This document shows, in pieces, positions 29,801 through 30,978 of a stretch of DNA of 30,978 nt (position 1 is the stretch's first letter; each line of letters begins with the position of its first letter). Below the pieces are notes generated by a model. The model made no database searches and was not told where the DNA came from. It worked only from the letters and a program-made list of their open reading frames with translations. Origin of the DNA: an uncultured virus (IMG/VR IMGVR_UViG_3300036766_002285) (lineage: Duplodnaviria > Heunggongvirae > Uroviricota > Caudoviricetes); the IMG/VR virus record IMGVR_UViG_3300036766_002285. One strand, written 5' to 3'. Position numbers and translations under genes: made by a program.

Positions 29801-30978
29801 GCGAGAGCACAAGTTCCAGCTAAAGTTATTACGACTGTTCGAGTAGATTGTGTTCCAGCACCAGTAGCGGTACAACTTCCTCCGAACGCAGCATTAAGTC
29901 CAATAGTAGGTGTAGTGGGAACTGCCCAAGTGGATGCAGTGCTACCAAATACAGCAGTAATAGTTCCGGCTGCAGCGAGCGCTACGTTATTTTGAAAAGC
30001 AAGTGTCCAAGTGTTAACTGTTGCTTCAACATATGATGGTGAAGTAAAAGCAACTGAAGAAACAATTGTAGGCAAAGACGTAGATAACGCACCTACTACT
30101 GTCGCATTTGTTCCGGATGTATTTTTTGTCATACCTGCTATAGCAGTAACGCTTTGAGTTGGATTAGTTATCCCAGAAATTGTTACTGATGCTGCAGCTC
30201 CTTGAGCGAGAGCACAAGTTCCAGCTAAAGTTATTACGACTGTTCGAGTAGATTGTGTTCCAGCACCAGTAGCGGTACAACTTCCTCCGAACGCAGCATT
30301 AAGTCCAATCGTAGGTGTTGCAGGAATTGTCCAAGTGGATGCAGTGCTACCAAATACAGCTGTGATAGTGCTAGCTGCAGCGAGTGCCACGTCGTTAGTA
30401 AAAGCAAGTGTCCAAGTGTTCGTCGTTCCTTCCGTGTATGATGGAGAAGTAAAAATAACAGTTGAGGTAATTACATTATTTGCCGGAACAGCGAATGCAG
30501 CAGTACCTGCTGCTGAAGTTCTGAGAGTTTGTCCAGCGATAGCAGTAGCACTTGCACTTGGGTTGAATATACCTGGGACTGTAAAAGTTCCTGTAGTATT
30601 TGCTGGCAGTGTACAACCAGTTGGTAGAGTTACTAATAATGTACGTGTACCTGCAGTCCAAGTACTAGGTCCTGTAGTACATCCACTAAATCCGGTACTA
30701 TAAGTAATTGTTGGTGTAGTAGAAGCACTTCCCCAAGTTAAAGAACCACTACCAAATACAGCTGTAATAGTTCCAGCCGCAGGTACTAAAGCCGTATCTC
30801 TAAGAGCTATAGTCCAAGTAGTTGAAGTACCTTCGACAAGCGATGCTGGTGTCATAGTACCAAGCGAAACAGTCGCCGCAGCTAGAGCCGGAGTTGCTAC
30901 AGCAAATACGCCGGCAGCAGAAATTGCAAATACAAGCAATATCTTCTTTAGTTTAGAAAAACCGGATTTAAAGTGCAT
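2896..30978 (-). CDS. Giant membrane-anchored fibronectin type III repeat surface protein / putative adhesin, 9360 aa
   Basis: Uninterrupted 28,083-bp ORF with an N-terminal signal peptide and a C-terminal TM helix. It has about 85 modules of ~95 aa carrying FN3 hallmarks (P.AP, LTW.AP, GGS.ITDY, TVTGL.NG..YTFRVSA.N..G.G). The ATG is the last codon of the window, so upstream context is not visible. Confidence 0.95.
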   Translation of the reverse strand: MHFKSGFSKLKKILLVFAISAAGVFAVATPALAAATVSLGTMTPASLVEGTSTTWTIALRDTALVPAAGTITAVFGSGSLTWGSASTTPTITYSTGFSGCTTGPSTWTAGTRTLLVTLPTGCTLPANTTGTFTVPGIFNPSASATAIAGQTLRTSAAGTAAFAVPANNVITSTVIFTSPSYTEGTTNTWTLAFTNDVALAAASTITAVFGSTASTWTIPATPTIGLNAAFGGSCTATGAGTQSTRTVVITLAGTCALAQGAAASVTISGITNPTQSVTAIAGMTKNTSGTNATVVGALSTSLPTIVSSVAFTSPSYVEATVNTWTLAFQNNVALAAAGTITAVFGSTASTWAVPTTPTIGLNAAFGGSCTATGAGTQSTRTVVITLAGTCALAQGAAASVTISGITNPTNSSTPVAGMTKVTSSNAVTISALSPPTITPAPLTSVLNAAGFPSAKATTAGTVITITGVNMSPVPTAVTFGGTSGTSITAVNSTSFTVQTPSVAAGASAVIVTKNGQAVATFNGFEFVAAPTITTVAPASGSDAGGTTVTITGTNLQGTTGVTFGGTAGTSIVNTDSTHVNVNTPAKAVGAAIDVVLTSTGGVVTKTASYTFVPRVTSISYTSSAGADNTYVAGDVISATVVFSAAVTVTNTPRIPILGLSSKYMTYASGTGSTSLVFNYTVVSGDTDTDGIAITAGTLELNGGTINANSAAAVITHSAVAASGSHLVDTTAPTASIIGSSPCNGGQQCIIQSTEVGTGYIVKNTVSVTNLASITGAAGNLWNTVTVSTANTNTGVASTGLLAGTYVAYTTDAGGNLSAVSATSIAVDNSATATTNAATSLGSTTVTLNGTVNAVGTSNTVTFDYGTASDLTGATSVAAAESPVTGFSNTAVTKALTGLTTGTTYYYRVVAINGVDTTLGSILSFVPINSPAAATSVVGTVASSTSVALTWTNGATSSSAPRTSLDVKTCTNSGMTTGCSTTAMGTANDTSYTKTGLTAGTAYWFQVISTNGVGATTSATSASVTPVNVPNAATSVVGTSGNTQVPLTWTNGAVTGPTPRVSLDVKTCTNAGMTTGCTTVTMGTSTDTSYTKTGLTNGTTYYFQVISINAGGSTASATSAGVIPSTTSVIVTNAASSIGTTTVSLSGTVNANYADATVTFEYGTASDLTGATSVAATGSPATGGSPSVVSKALIGLDPGTLYYFRIVAVNSNGTTNGSILSFTTLTVPGAPTTVVGTAGNTQVSLTWSAPASNGGSAITDYVIESSLDDTNWVVFADGTSTSASTTVTGLTNGTAYTFRVSATNAVGTGAVSTVSAGVTPRTVPGAPTAVAGTPGNTQVSLTWSAPASTGGSAITDYIIESSLDDTNWIVFADGTSSTASTTVTGLTNGTPYTFRVSATNAAGTGATSTVSASVTPRTVPNAPTSVAGTPGNTQVSLTWSAPASTGGSAITDYIIESSLDDTNWIVFADGTSSTASITVTGLTNGTPYTFRVSAINAAGTGATSTVSASVTPRTVPNAPTSVAGTPGNTQVSLTWSAPAVNGGSAITDYIVESSLDDTNWIVFADGTSTSASATVTGLTNGTAYTFRVSASNAAGTGATSTVSSAVTPRTVPGAPTSVAGTPGNTQVSLTWSAPASTGGSAITDYVIESSLDDTNWIVFADGTSTSASTTVTGLTNGTAYTFRVSATNVAGTGTTSVVSSAVTPRTVPNAPTSVVGTAGTSQVSLTWSAPGSNGGSAITDYLVEFNDGVDWATFTDGVSTSASATVTGLANGTAYTFRVSAVNAVGAGATATSSAVTPISQPNAATTVAGTGADTQVDLTWTNGSTTSAKPRTSISIDYCTNSAMQVGCVTTTSFAAGDTAHSITGLTNGTTYWFEVTSINSYGSTNSATSAGITPRTVPGAPTSVAGTPGNTQVSLTWSAPASTGGSAITDYLVEFNDGGGWATFSDGVSTSASATVTGLVNGTSHTFRVSAINAIGTGAASTVSGAVVPRTVPGAPTSVAGTPGDTQVSLTWSAPASNGGSAITDYLVEFNDGGGWATFSDGVSTSASATVTGLVNGTSHTFRVSAINAIGTGAASTVSGAVVPRTVPGAPTSVAGTPGDTQVSLTWSAPASTGGSAITDYLVEFNDGGSWATFSDGVSTSTSATVTGLVNGTSHTFRVSAINAAGTGTVSTVSSAVTPRTVPGAPTSVAGTPGDTQVSLTWSAPASTGGSAITDYLVEFNDGGSWATFSDGVSTSTSATVTGLVNGTSHTFRVSAINAAGTGAASTVSAAVTPRTVPGAPTSVIGTAGNTQVSLSWSAPAVTGGSAITDYLVEFNDGNSWATFTDGVSTSASTTVTGLTNGTAYTFRVSAINIAGTGVASSVSSAVTPRTVPGAPTSVVGTPGNTQVSLSWSAPASTGGSTITDYVIESSLDDTNWIVFADGTSTSASTTVTGLTNGTAYTFRVSASNATGTGVPSTVSAGVTPRTVPGAPTSVAGTFGDTQVSLTWSAPASTGGSAITDYVIESSLDDTNWVVFADGTSTSASTTVTGLTNGTAYTFRVSASNAAGTGTTSTVSAAVTPRTVPNAPTAVVGTPGNTQVSLTWSAPAVNGGSAITDYLVEFNDGGGFATFTDGVSTSTSATVTGLVNGTSHTFRVSAINAVGTGAVSTVSAGVTPRTVPGAPTAVAGTPGNTQVSLTWSAPASTGGSAITDYLVEFNDGGGFATFTDGVSTSTSATVTGLVNGTSHTFRVSAINAAGTGALSTVSAAVTPRTVPNAPTSVVGTPGNTQVSLTWAAPAVNGGSAITDYVIESSLDDTNWIVFADGTSTSASATVTGLTNGTAYTFRVSASNVAGTGATSVVSSAVTPRTVPNAPTSVVGTPGNTQVSLTWSAPASNGGSAITDYLVEFNDGGGFATFTDGVSTSTSATVTGLVNGTSHTFRVSAINAAGTGSASTVSAAVTPRTVPDAPTSVVGTVGTSQISLTWSAPGSNGGSAITDYLVEYNNGTWNTFADGTSTATSTTVTGLTNGTSYTFRVSAINAAGTGAMSATSASKTPIAAPSAATSVAGTPGNTQISLTWTNGSTSAAAPRTSLQLVTCTDVDMSVGCTFNTMGTASDVSYTKTGLTNGTAYYFQMNSINGVDTTPSAVSAAVTPRTVPNAPTSVVGTPGNTQVSLTWAAPAVNGGSAITDYVIESSLDDTNWIVFADGTSTSASATVTGLTNGTAYTFRVSASNVAGTGATSVVSSAVTPRTVPNAPTSVVGTPGNTQVSLTWSAPAVNGGSAITDYLVEFNDGGGFATFTDGVSTSTSATVTGLVNGTSHTFRVSAINAAGTGASSTVSASVTPRTVPGAPTSVAGTPGPSQVALTWSAPASTGGSAITDYVIESSLDDTNWIVFADGTSATASTTVTGLTNGTAYTFRVSASNAAGTGALSTVSASVTPRTVPGAPTSVAGTAGNTQVSLTWSAPASTGGSAITDYVIESSLDDTNWIVFADGVSTTASTTVTGLTNGTAYTFRVSASNAAGTGATSTVSSSVTPRTVPGAPTSVVGDPGNALVYLTWTAPASNGGSAITDYLVEYNDGTWHTFTDGVSTSASTTVTGLTNGTAYTFRVSAINVAGTGAVSATSSSVTPVAVPGAPTSVVSTPGNTQVSLTWSAPSNIGGSAITDYEIEYNDGTWHTFVDGTSTTASTTVTGLTNGTSYTFRVSATNATGTGVPSTVSASVIPRTVPGAPTSVVGALGNSQVSLTWSAPASTGGSAITDYVIESSLDDTNWIVFADGTSTTASTTVTGLTNGTAYTFRVSAVNVAGTGVASSVSASVTPAVVPGAPTSVVGTPGNTQASLTWSAPGSNGGSAVTDYIIEHSINGTDWITFSDGTSTSASTTVTGLTNGTAYTFRVSAANVAGTGATSTVSSAVTPRTVPNAPTSVAGTPGNTQVSLTWSAPANNGGSAITDYLVEFNDGGGFATFTDGVSTSTSATVTGLVNGTSHTFRVSAINAAGTGAASTVSAAVTPRTVPNAPTSVAGTPGNTQVSLTWSAPANNGGSAITDYVIESSLDDTNWIVFADGTSTSTSTTVTGLTNGTAYTFRVSASNVAGTGATSTVSAAVTPRTVPNAPTSVVGTPGNTSVSLTWSAPANNGGSAITDYLVEFNDGGGFATFTDGVSTSTSATVTGLVNGTSHTFRVSAINAAGTGSASTVSAAVTPRTVPDAPTSVVGTPGNTQVSLTWSAPAVNGGSAITDYLVEFNDGGGFATFTDGVSTSASATVTGLVNGTSHTFRVSAINAAGTGALSTVSAAVTPRTVPNAPTSVAGTPGNTTVSLTWSAPANNGGSAITDYIIESSLDDTNWIVFADGTSTSASATVTGLTNGTAYTFRVSASNVAGAGTTSVVSASVTPRTVPNAPTSVVGTPGNTQVSLTWSAPANNGGSAITDYIIESSLDDTNWIVFADGTSTSASATVTDLTNGTAYTFRVSASNVAGAGTTSVVSASVTPRTVPDAPTSVVGTPGNTQVSLTWSAPAVNGGSAITDYLVEFNDGGGFATFTDGVSTSASATVTGLVNGTSHTFRVSAINAAGTGALSTVSAAVTPRTVPNAPTSVAGTPGNTTVSLTWSAPAVNGGSAITDYLVEFNDGGGFATFTDGVSTSTSATVTGLTNGTSYTFRISATNVAGTGAVSTTSAAVIPRTVPGAPTSVAGTPGNTQVSLTWSAPASTGGSAITDYVIESSLDDTNWIVFADGTSTSASTTVTGLTNGTAYTFRVSASNAAGTGTTSTVSAGVTPRTVPGAPTSVAGTAGNTQVSLTWSTPASTGGSAITDYVIESSLDDTNWIVFADGTSTSASATVTGLTNGTAYTFRVSATNVAGTGVASSVSAGVTPRTVPGAPTSVAGTPGNTIVSLTWSAPASTGGSVITDYLVEFNDGGGWAAFTDGVSTTAATTVTGLVNGTSHTFRVSAINAAGTGATSTVSSAVIPRTVPNAPTSVAGTPGDTQVSLTWSAPAFNGGSAITDYLVEFNDGDTWATFTDGVSATASTTVTGLTNGTAYTFRVSATNVSGTGVASSVSAGVTPRTVPGAPTSVAGTPGNTTVSLTWSAPASTGGSAITDYLVEFNDGGGFATFSDGVSTTASTTVTGLTNGTSYTFRVSATNVAGTGVASSVSAAVIPRTVPNAPTSVAGTPGPSQVSLTWSAPANNGGSALTDYVVESSLDDTNWIVFADGTSTSASTTVTGLTNGTAYTFRVSASNIAGTGTTSVVSAAVTPRTVPNAPTSVVGTPGNTQVSLTWSAPANNGGSALTDYVVESSLDDTNWIVFADGTSTSASTTVTGLTNGTAYTFRVSASNIAGTGTTSVVSAAVTPRTVPNAPTSVAGTPGSSQVSLTWSAPAVTGGSAITDYVIESSLDDTNWIVFADGTSTSTSATVTGLTNGTPYTFRVSASNAAGTGTTSTVSAAVTPRTVPGAPTSVAGTLGDTQVSLTWTAPGSNGGAAITDYLVEYNDGTWHTFADGTSTTASTTVTGLTNGTSYTFRVSATNVAGTGVASSVSAAVIPRTVPGAPTSVVGTPGNTQVSLTWTAPGSNGGSAITDYLVEFNDGGGFATFSDGVSTSTSATVTSLTNGTSYTFRVSATNAAGTGALSTVSAAVIPRTVPNAPTSVAGTPGDTQVSLTWSAPAITGGSAITDYVVESSLDDTNWIVFADGTSTSASTTVTGLTNGTAYTFRVSASNVAGTGALSTVSAAVTPRTVPGAPTSVAGTPGPSQVSLTWSAPGSNGGSAITDYLVEFNDGGGWATFTDGVSTSTSATVTGLVNGTSHTFRVSAINAAGTGALSTVSAGVTPRTSPSAPTSVAGTPGPSQVSLTWSAPASNGGSAITDYTIQSSTDGTNYTTFTDGVSTSASTTVTGLTNGTAYTFRVSATNAAGAGNYSTVSSAVTPATTPDAPTAVSGTPGASQVSLTWSAPANNGGAAITDYLVEFNNGVSWATFTDGVSASAATTVTGLTNGTSYTFRVSAINAAGTGATSTVSAAVTPRTVPNAPTSVAGTPGNTQVSLTWSAPGVTGGSAITDYVIESSLDDTNWIVFADGTSTTASTTVTGLTNGTAYTFRVSASNAAGTGATSVVSAAVTPRTVPNAPTSVVGTPGDTQVSLTWSAPAVNGGNAITDYVVEYNDGSWHVFADGTSTSASATVTGLTNGTSYTFRVSAVNAAGTGAVSAASASIIPATVPSAPTSVVGTPGNTQVSLSWSAPGSTGGSAITDYVVEFNDGGGFATFADGVSTTASTTVTGLTNGTSYTFRVSASNAAGTGVASTVSAAVIPRTVPSAPTSVAGTPGDTQVSLTWSAPASTGGSAITDYVIESSLDDTNWIVFADGTSTTASTTVTGLTNGTAYTFRVSASNAAGTGATSVVSAAVTPRTVPNAPTSVVGAPGASQVSLTWSAPASNGGSAITDYVIEHSINGTNWTTFSDGTSPSASATVTGLTNGTAYTFRVSASNAAGTGAVSTASSAVTPRTVPGAPTSVSGTLGNASVSLTWSAPSSTGGSAITDYLVEFNDGGGFATFTDGVSTSTSATVTGLTNGTSYTFRVSATNVAGTGTPSSTSSAVIPRTVPGAPTSVAGTPGNTTVALTWSAPASTGGSAITDYLVEFNNGVSWATFTDGVATSTSTTVTGLTNGTPYTFRVSATNAAGTGVASAVSSSVTPAAVADAPTSVVGTPGNTQVSLTWSAPADTGGSAITDYVVESSLDDTNWIVFADGTSTSASATVTGLTNGTVYTFRVSAINSAGTGTVSAVSAAVIPRTVPGAPTSVAGTSGNTQVSLTWSAPASNGGSAITDYVIETSLDDTNWIVFADGTSTSASATVTGLTNGTAYTFRVSTSNAAGTGATSVVSSAVTPRTVPGAPTSVAGTPGNTSVSLTWSAPASTGGSAITDYLVEFNDGGGFATFADGTSTSASTTVTGLTNGTSYTFRVSAINAAGTGALSSVSAAVIPRTVPGAPTSVAGTPGDTQVSLTWSAPGSTGGSAITDYLVEFNDGGGFATFADGTSTSASTTITGLTNGTAYTFRVSATNAAGTGALSTVSAAVTPRTVPGAPTSVAGTPGPSQVSLTWSAPASNGGSAITDYLVEFNDGGGFATFSDGVSTSTSATVTGLTNGTSYTFRVSATNVAGTGVASSVSAGVIPRTSPSAPTSVVGTSGNTQVSLTWSAPASNGGSAITDYTIQSSTDGTNYTTFTDGVSTATSATVTGLVNGTAYTFRVSATNAVGAGNYSSASSAVTPATTPDAPTAVSGTPGASQVSLTWSAPANNGGAAITDYLVEYNDGVSWATFTDGVSAVASATVTGLTNGTSYTFRVSAINSAGTGTVSVISAAVIPRTVPGAPTSVAGTPGNTQVSLTWSAPASTGGSAITDYIIESSLDDTNWIVFADGTSTTASATVTGLTNGTAYTFRVSASNAAGTGATSVVSAAVTPRTVPGAPTSVVGTPGDTQVSLTWSAPASTGGSAITDYLVEFNDGGGFATFTDGVSASTSATVTGLTNGTSYTFRVSATNAAGTGVVSAVSAAVIPTAVPGAPTSVVGTPGNTQVSLTWSAPASNGGATITDYLVEFNDGISWATFTDGVSATASTTVTGLTNGTAYTFRVSAINAAGTGVASSVSTSIIPRNTPSAPTNVVGTPGAALVSLTWSAPASNGGSAITDYLVEFNDGNSWATFTDGVSSAASASVTGLTNGTSYTFRVSAINVAGTGTVSAVSAAVIPRTVPSVPTNVTGTPGNTQVSLSWSAPANNGGSAITDYVIQSSPDATNWTTFADGTSASTSATVTGLTNGTSYTFRVSAVNAAGAGNYSNASSAVTPATAPGAPTSVVGTPGNTQVSLTWSAPGSNGGSAITDYLVEFNDGGGFATFSDGVSTSTSATVTGLTNGTSYTFRVSATNAAGTGATSSASAAVIPRTTPSAPTNVVGTPGASQVSLTWSAPGSNGGSAITDYLVEFNDGISWATFTDGVSTSTSATVTGLTNGTSYTFRVSATNIAGTGTVSAVSTAVIPAAVPGAPTSVAGTPGNTQASLTWSAPASNGGSAITDYQIEFNDGISWATFADGTSTTASATVTGLTNGTSYTFRVGATNAIGTGGASSVSNAVTPVGTPNAPTAVSGTPGNTQASLTWSAPASNGGSAITDYQIEFNDGISWATFTDGVSTSASTTVTGLTNGTAYTFRVSATNIAGTGTSSTGSSAVTPRTVPNAPTTVVGTPDNTQVSLTWSAPANNGGSAITDYVVESSLNGTDWIVFADGTSTTAAATVTGLTNGTSYTFRVSATNVAGTGVTSSVSAAVIPRTVASAPTSVTGTSGAGLVSLTWTAPGSNGGAVITDYLVEFNDGISWATFTDGVSTSASATVTGLTNGTSYTFRVSAINAAGTGAVSTASAAVIPKTVPGAPTSVVGTSGNTLVSLTWSAPASNGGAAITDYLVESSLNGTDWIVFVDGTSTSTSAMVTGLTNGTSYTFRVSATNAVGTGIVSLVSDAVTPATVASAPTNVVGTSGASLVSLTWSAPASNGGAVITDYLVEYNDGTWHTFADGTSTSTSATVTGLTNGTSYTFRVSAINVAGTSVASVVSASVTPIAAPSAPTSVVGTPGDAQVSLTWSASASTGGSAITDYVIQSSTDGTNYITFTDGVATSTSATVTGLTNGTAYTFRVSATNAAGAGNYSSVSASVTPFTIPDAPTSVVGTPGDTSVSLSWSAPSFNGGSVITDYLVEYNDGSWHTFADGTSASISATVTGLTNGTSYTFRVSATNAAGTSTASAVSSAVIPVEPPSISGTAATNVGVTTATLTGTVNAHGASTTVSFRYGTTSNLSTFTTVTASESPVTGESGAAVSYALTGLSAGTTYYFRIVASNVSGTTTGSISSFTTDTNAATASVSVTAGDGVLNATIYNVQTNGSTISLIEYQLDGGNWVDTGLVAAGGFVISGLTNDTSYSVAIRVTSNGFGSPVTSATVSGTPVVPPTTTTTTTTVAPTTTTTTTVAPETTTTTTVVGETTTTTVAPETTTTVAPEEPTTTTTVVPETTTTIEVPNAQPSTTTTVVPEPTTTIPETTTTTVPGPGSGTTTTVPQTTTTTVPPTTTTTIAPESVVTITHVDNATVMELAAPASTNTDVRIVVEVNIADTASSAGTVWNMTMSERTEQVALDQGFLTVSIKAHDATGVAITKLIEPISISLPALPAGGILAWSTDEISWNSIPALLTKELPRIQQDGFFTEKDGSVVIFTRHLTLFGIRKEQAAMDLKFSNFRTVTGSVLVAKTLGGSSEDGARFIGVSDPSICTVEETGVIHGTGVGTCQFYAVRGGGTVYMDTKTTLGSATVIAEIAAHNLPVNHNALLLQILILLMLLMGLYIPINRMLTTIRVQKQHNAKQ
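2899..3009 (-). other. C-terminal transmembrane anchor and short basic cytoplasmic tail of the giant protein
   Basis: ALLLQILILLMLLMGLYIPI (about 3009-2950) followed by NRMLTTIRVQKQHNAKQ, consistent with the positive-inside rule. Confidence 0.85.
3045..3300 (-). other. Membrane-proximal two-Cys Ig-like domain
   Basis: LGGSSEDG...SDPSICTVEETGVIHGTGVGTCQFYAVRGGGTVY resembles the Big_2-like S..P.VC.V...G.C.I.A...G...Y modules of bacterial surface proteins (recognised by eye). Confidence 0.6.
3310..3740 (-). other. GAIN/ZU5-like juxtamembrane domain with putative autoproteolysis motif HL|T
   Basis: Beta-rich ~140-aa domain: SIKAHDATGVAITKLIEPISISLP...AWSTDEISWNSIP...DGSVVIFTRHLTLFGI. His codon 3330-3328 (H9217), Leu 3327-3325, Thr 3324-3322 (T9219). 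Confidence 0.65.
3745..4122 (-). repeat. Thr/Pro-rich low-complexity mucin-like stalk (~126 aa)
   Basis: Runs such as PPTTTTTTTVAPTTTTTTTVAPETTTTTTVVGETTTTTVAPETTTTVAPEEP; ACN-codon repeats appear as gttgta/agttgt on the + strand. Confidence 0.92.
4130..28490 (-). repeat. Intragenic array of ~85 FN3 modules (period 282-288 bp in the core)
   Basis: Hand count: 77 standard modules, 4 Cys-loop modules, 3 variant 'TL.GTVNA...F.YGT' modules and 1 degenerate terminal module. DNA motifs such as gaccatgttagagaaacttg recur about every 286 bp. Confidence 0.93.
28495..29145 (-). other. Two non-FN3 Ig-like adhesin domains
   Basis: First domain: TYVAGDVISATVVFSAAVTVTNTP...YASGTGSTSLVFNYTVVSGDTDTDGIAI...LNGGTI...VDTTAPT. 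Second domain: IQSTEVGTGYIV...GLLAGTYVAYTTDAGGNLS. Both resemble modules recurrent in giant bacterial surface proteins; no family name is assigned. Confidence 0.6.
29145..29660 (-). other. Two IPT/TIG-like domains
   Basis: TTAGTVITITGVNM...VTFGG...VNSTSFTVQTP and APTITTVAPASGSDAGGTTVTITGTNL...VTFGG...VNTP match the IPT/TIG pattern P.SG...GGT.VTITG.N. Confidence 0.82.
29660..30879 (-). repeat. Three ~135-aa N-terminal repeats, each with a Cys pair
   Basis: Shared pattern S.(V/T)E.T..TWT.A......AA.TITAVFGS....W....TPTI.....F.(G)C......TRT...TL...C.L.......T..GI.NP. Repeats 2 and 3 are offset by 405 bp. Confidence 0.85.
30880..30978 (-). other. Sec-type signal peptide of the giant protein
   Basis: MHFKSGFSKLKKILLVFAISAAGVFAVATPALA|AA: basic n-region, hydrophobic core and ALA signal peptidase I site. 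There is no lipobox Cys or twin-Arg motif. Confidence 0.85.

Noticed and set aside
3013..30703. Dozens of 60-190-aa ORFs on the + strand and alternative minus frames (e.g. MLPGVPATDVGAPGTVRG...)
   Set aside because: They are shadow ORFs of the repetitive, T/S/A/G/V-biased adhesin. They recur with the module period and have no independent protein features.
2896..30978. RTX/T1SS, autotransporter or ice-nucleation assignment for the giant protein
   Set aside because: There are no GGxGxD nonapeptides, no C-terminal beta-barrel and no ice-nucleation octapeptide repeats. The protein has a Sec signal and a single C-terminal TM helix.

Overview
The window is AT-rich bacterial DNA carrying three minus-strand genes. 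(1) A 28-kb ORF (2896-30978, 9360 aa) encodes a giant surface protein. From the N-terminus it has a Sec-type signal peptide, three ~135-aa Cys-pair repeats, two IPT/TIG-like and two other Ig-like domains, about 85 fibronectin type III (FN3) modules (hand count), a Thr/Pro stalk, a juxtamembrane domain ending in TRHL|TLFG, a small two-Cys Ig-like domain, one TM helix and a short basic tail. The HL|TxF motif matches the GPS/GAIN autoproteolysis signature. (2) Seven bp downstream is a complete membrane sensor histidine kinase (2 TM, CHASE3-like sensor, HAMP, HisKA, HATPase). (3) A second kinase-like gene (TM hairpin, GAF, HisKA) is missing from the ORF track and runs off the left edge. The leading hypothesis, which is inference only, is a self-cleaving, sheddable giant adhesin genetically coupled to two-component kinases, analogous to an adhesion-GPCR-type contact or force sensor. 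The FN3 array shows recent tandem and non-tandem duplication or gene conversion. No RNA genes, CRISPR arrays or mobile elements were seen. Domain names come from motif recognition by eye, not from database searches, and domain boundaries are approximate.
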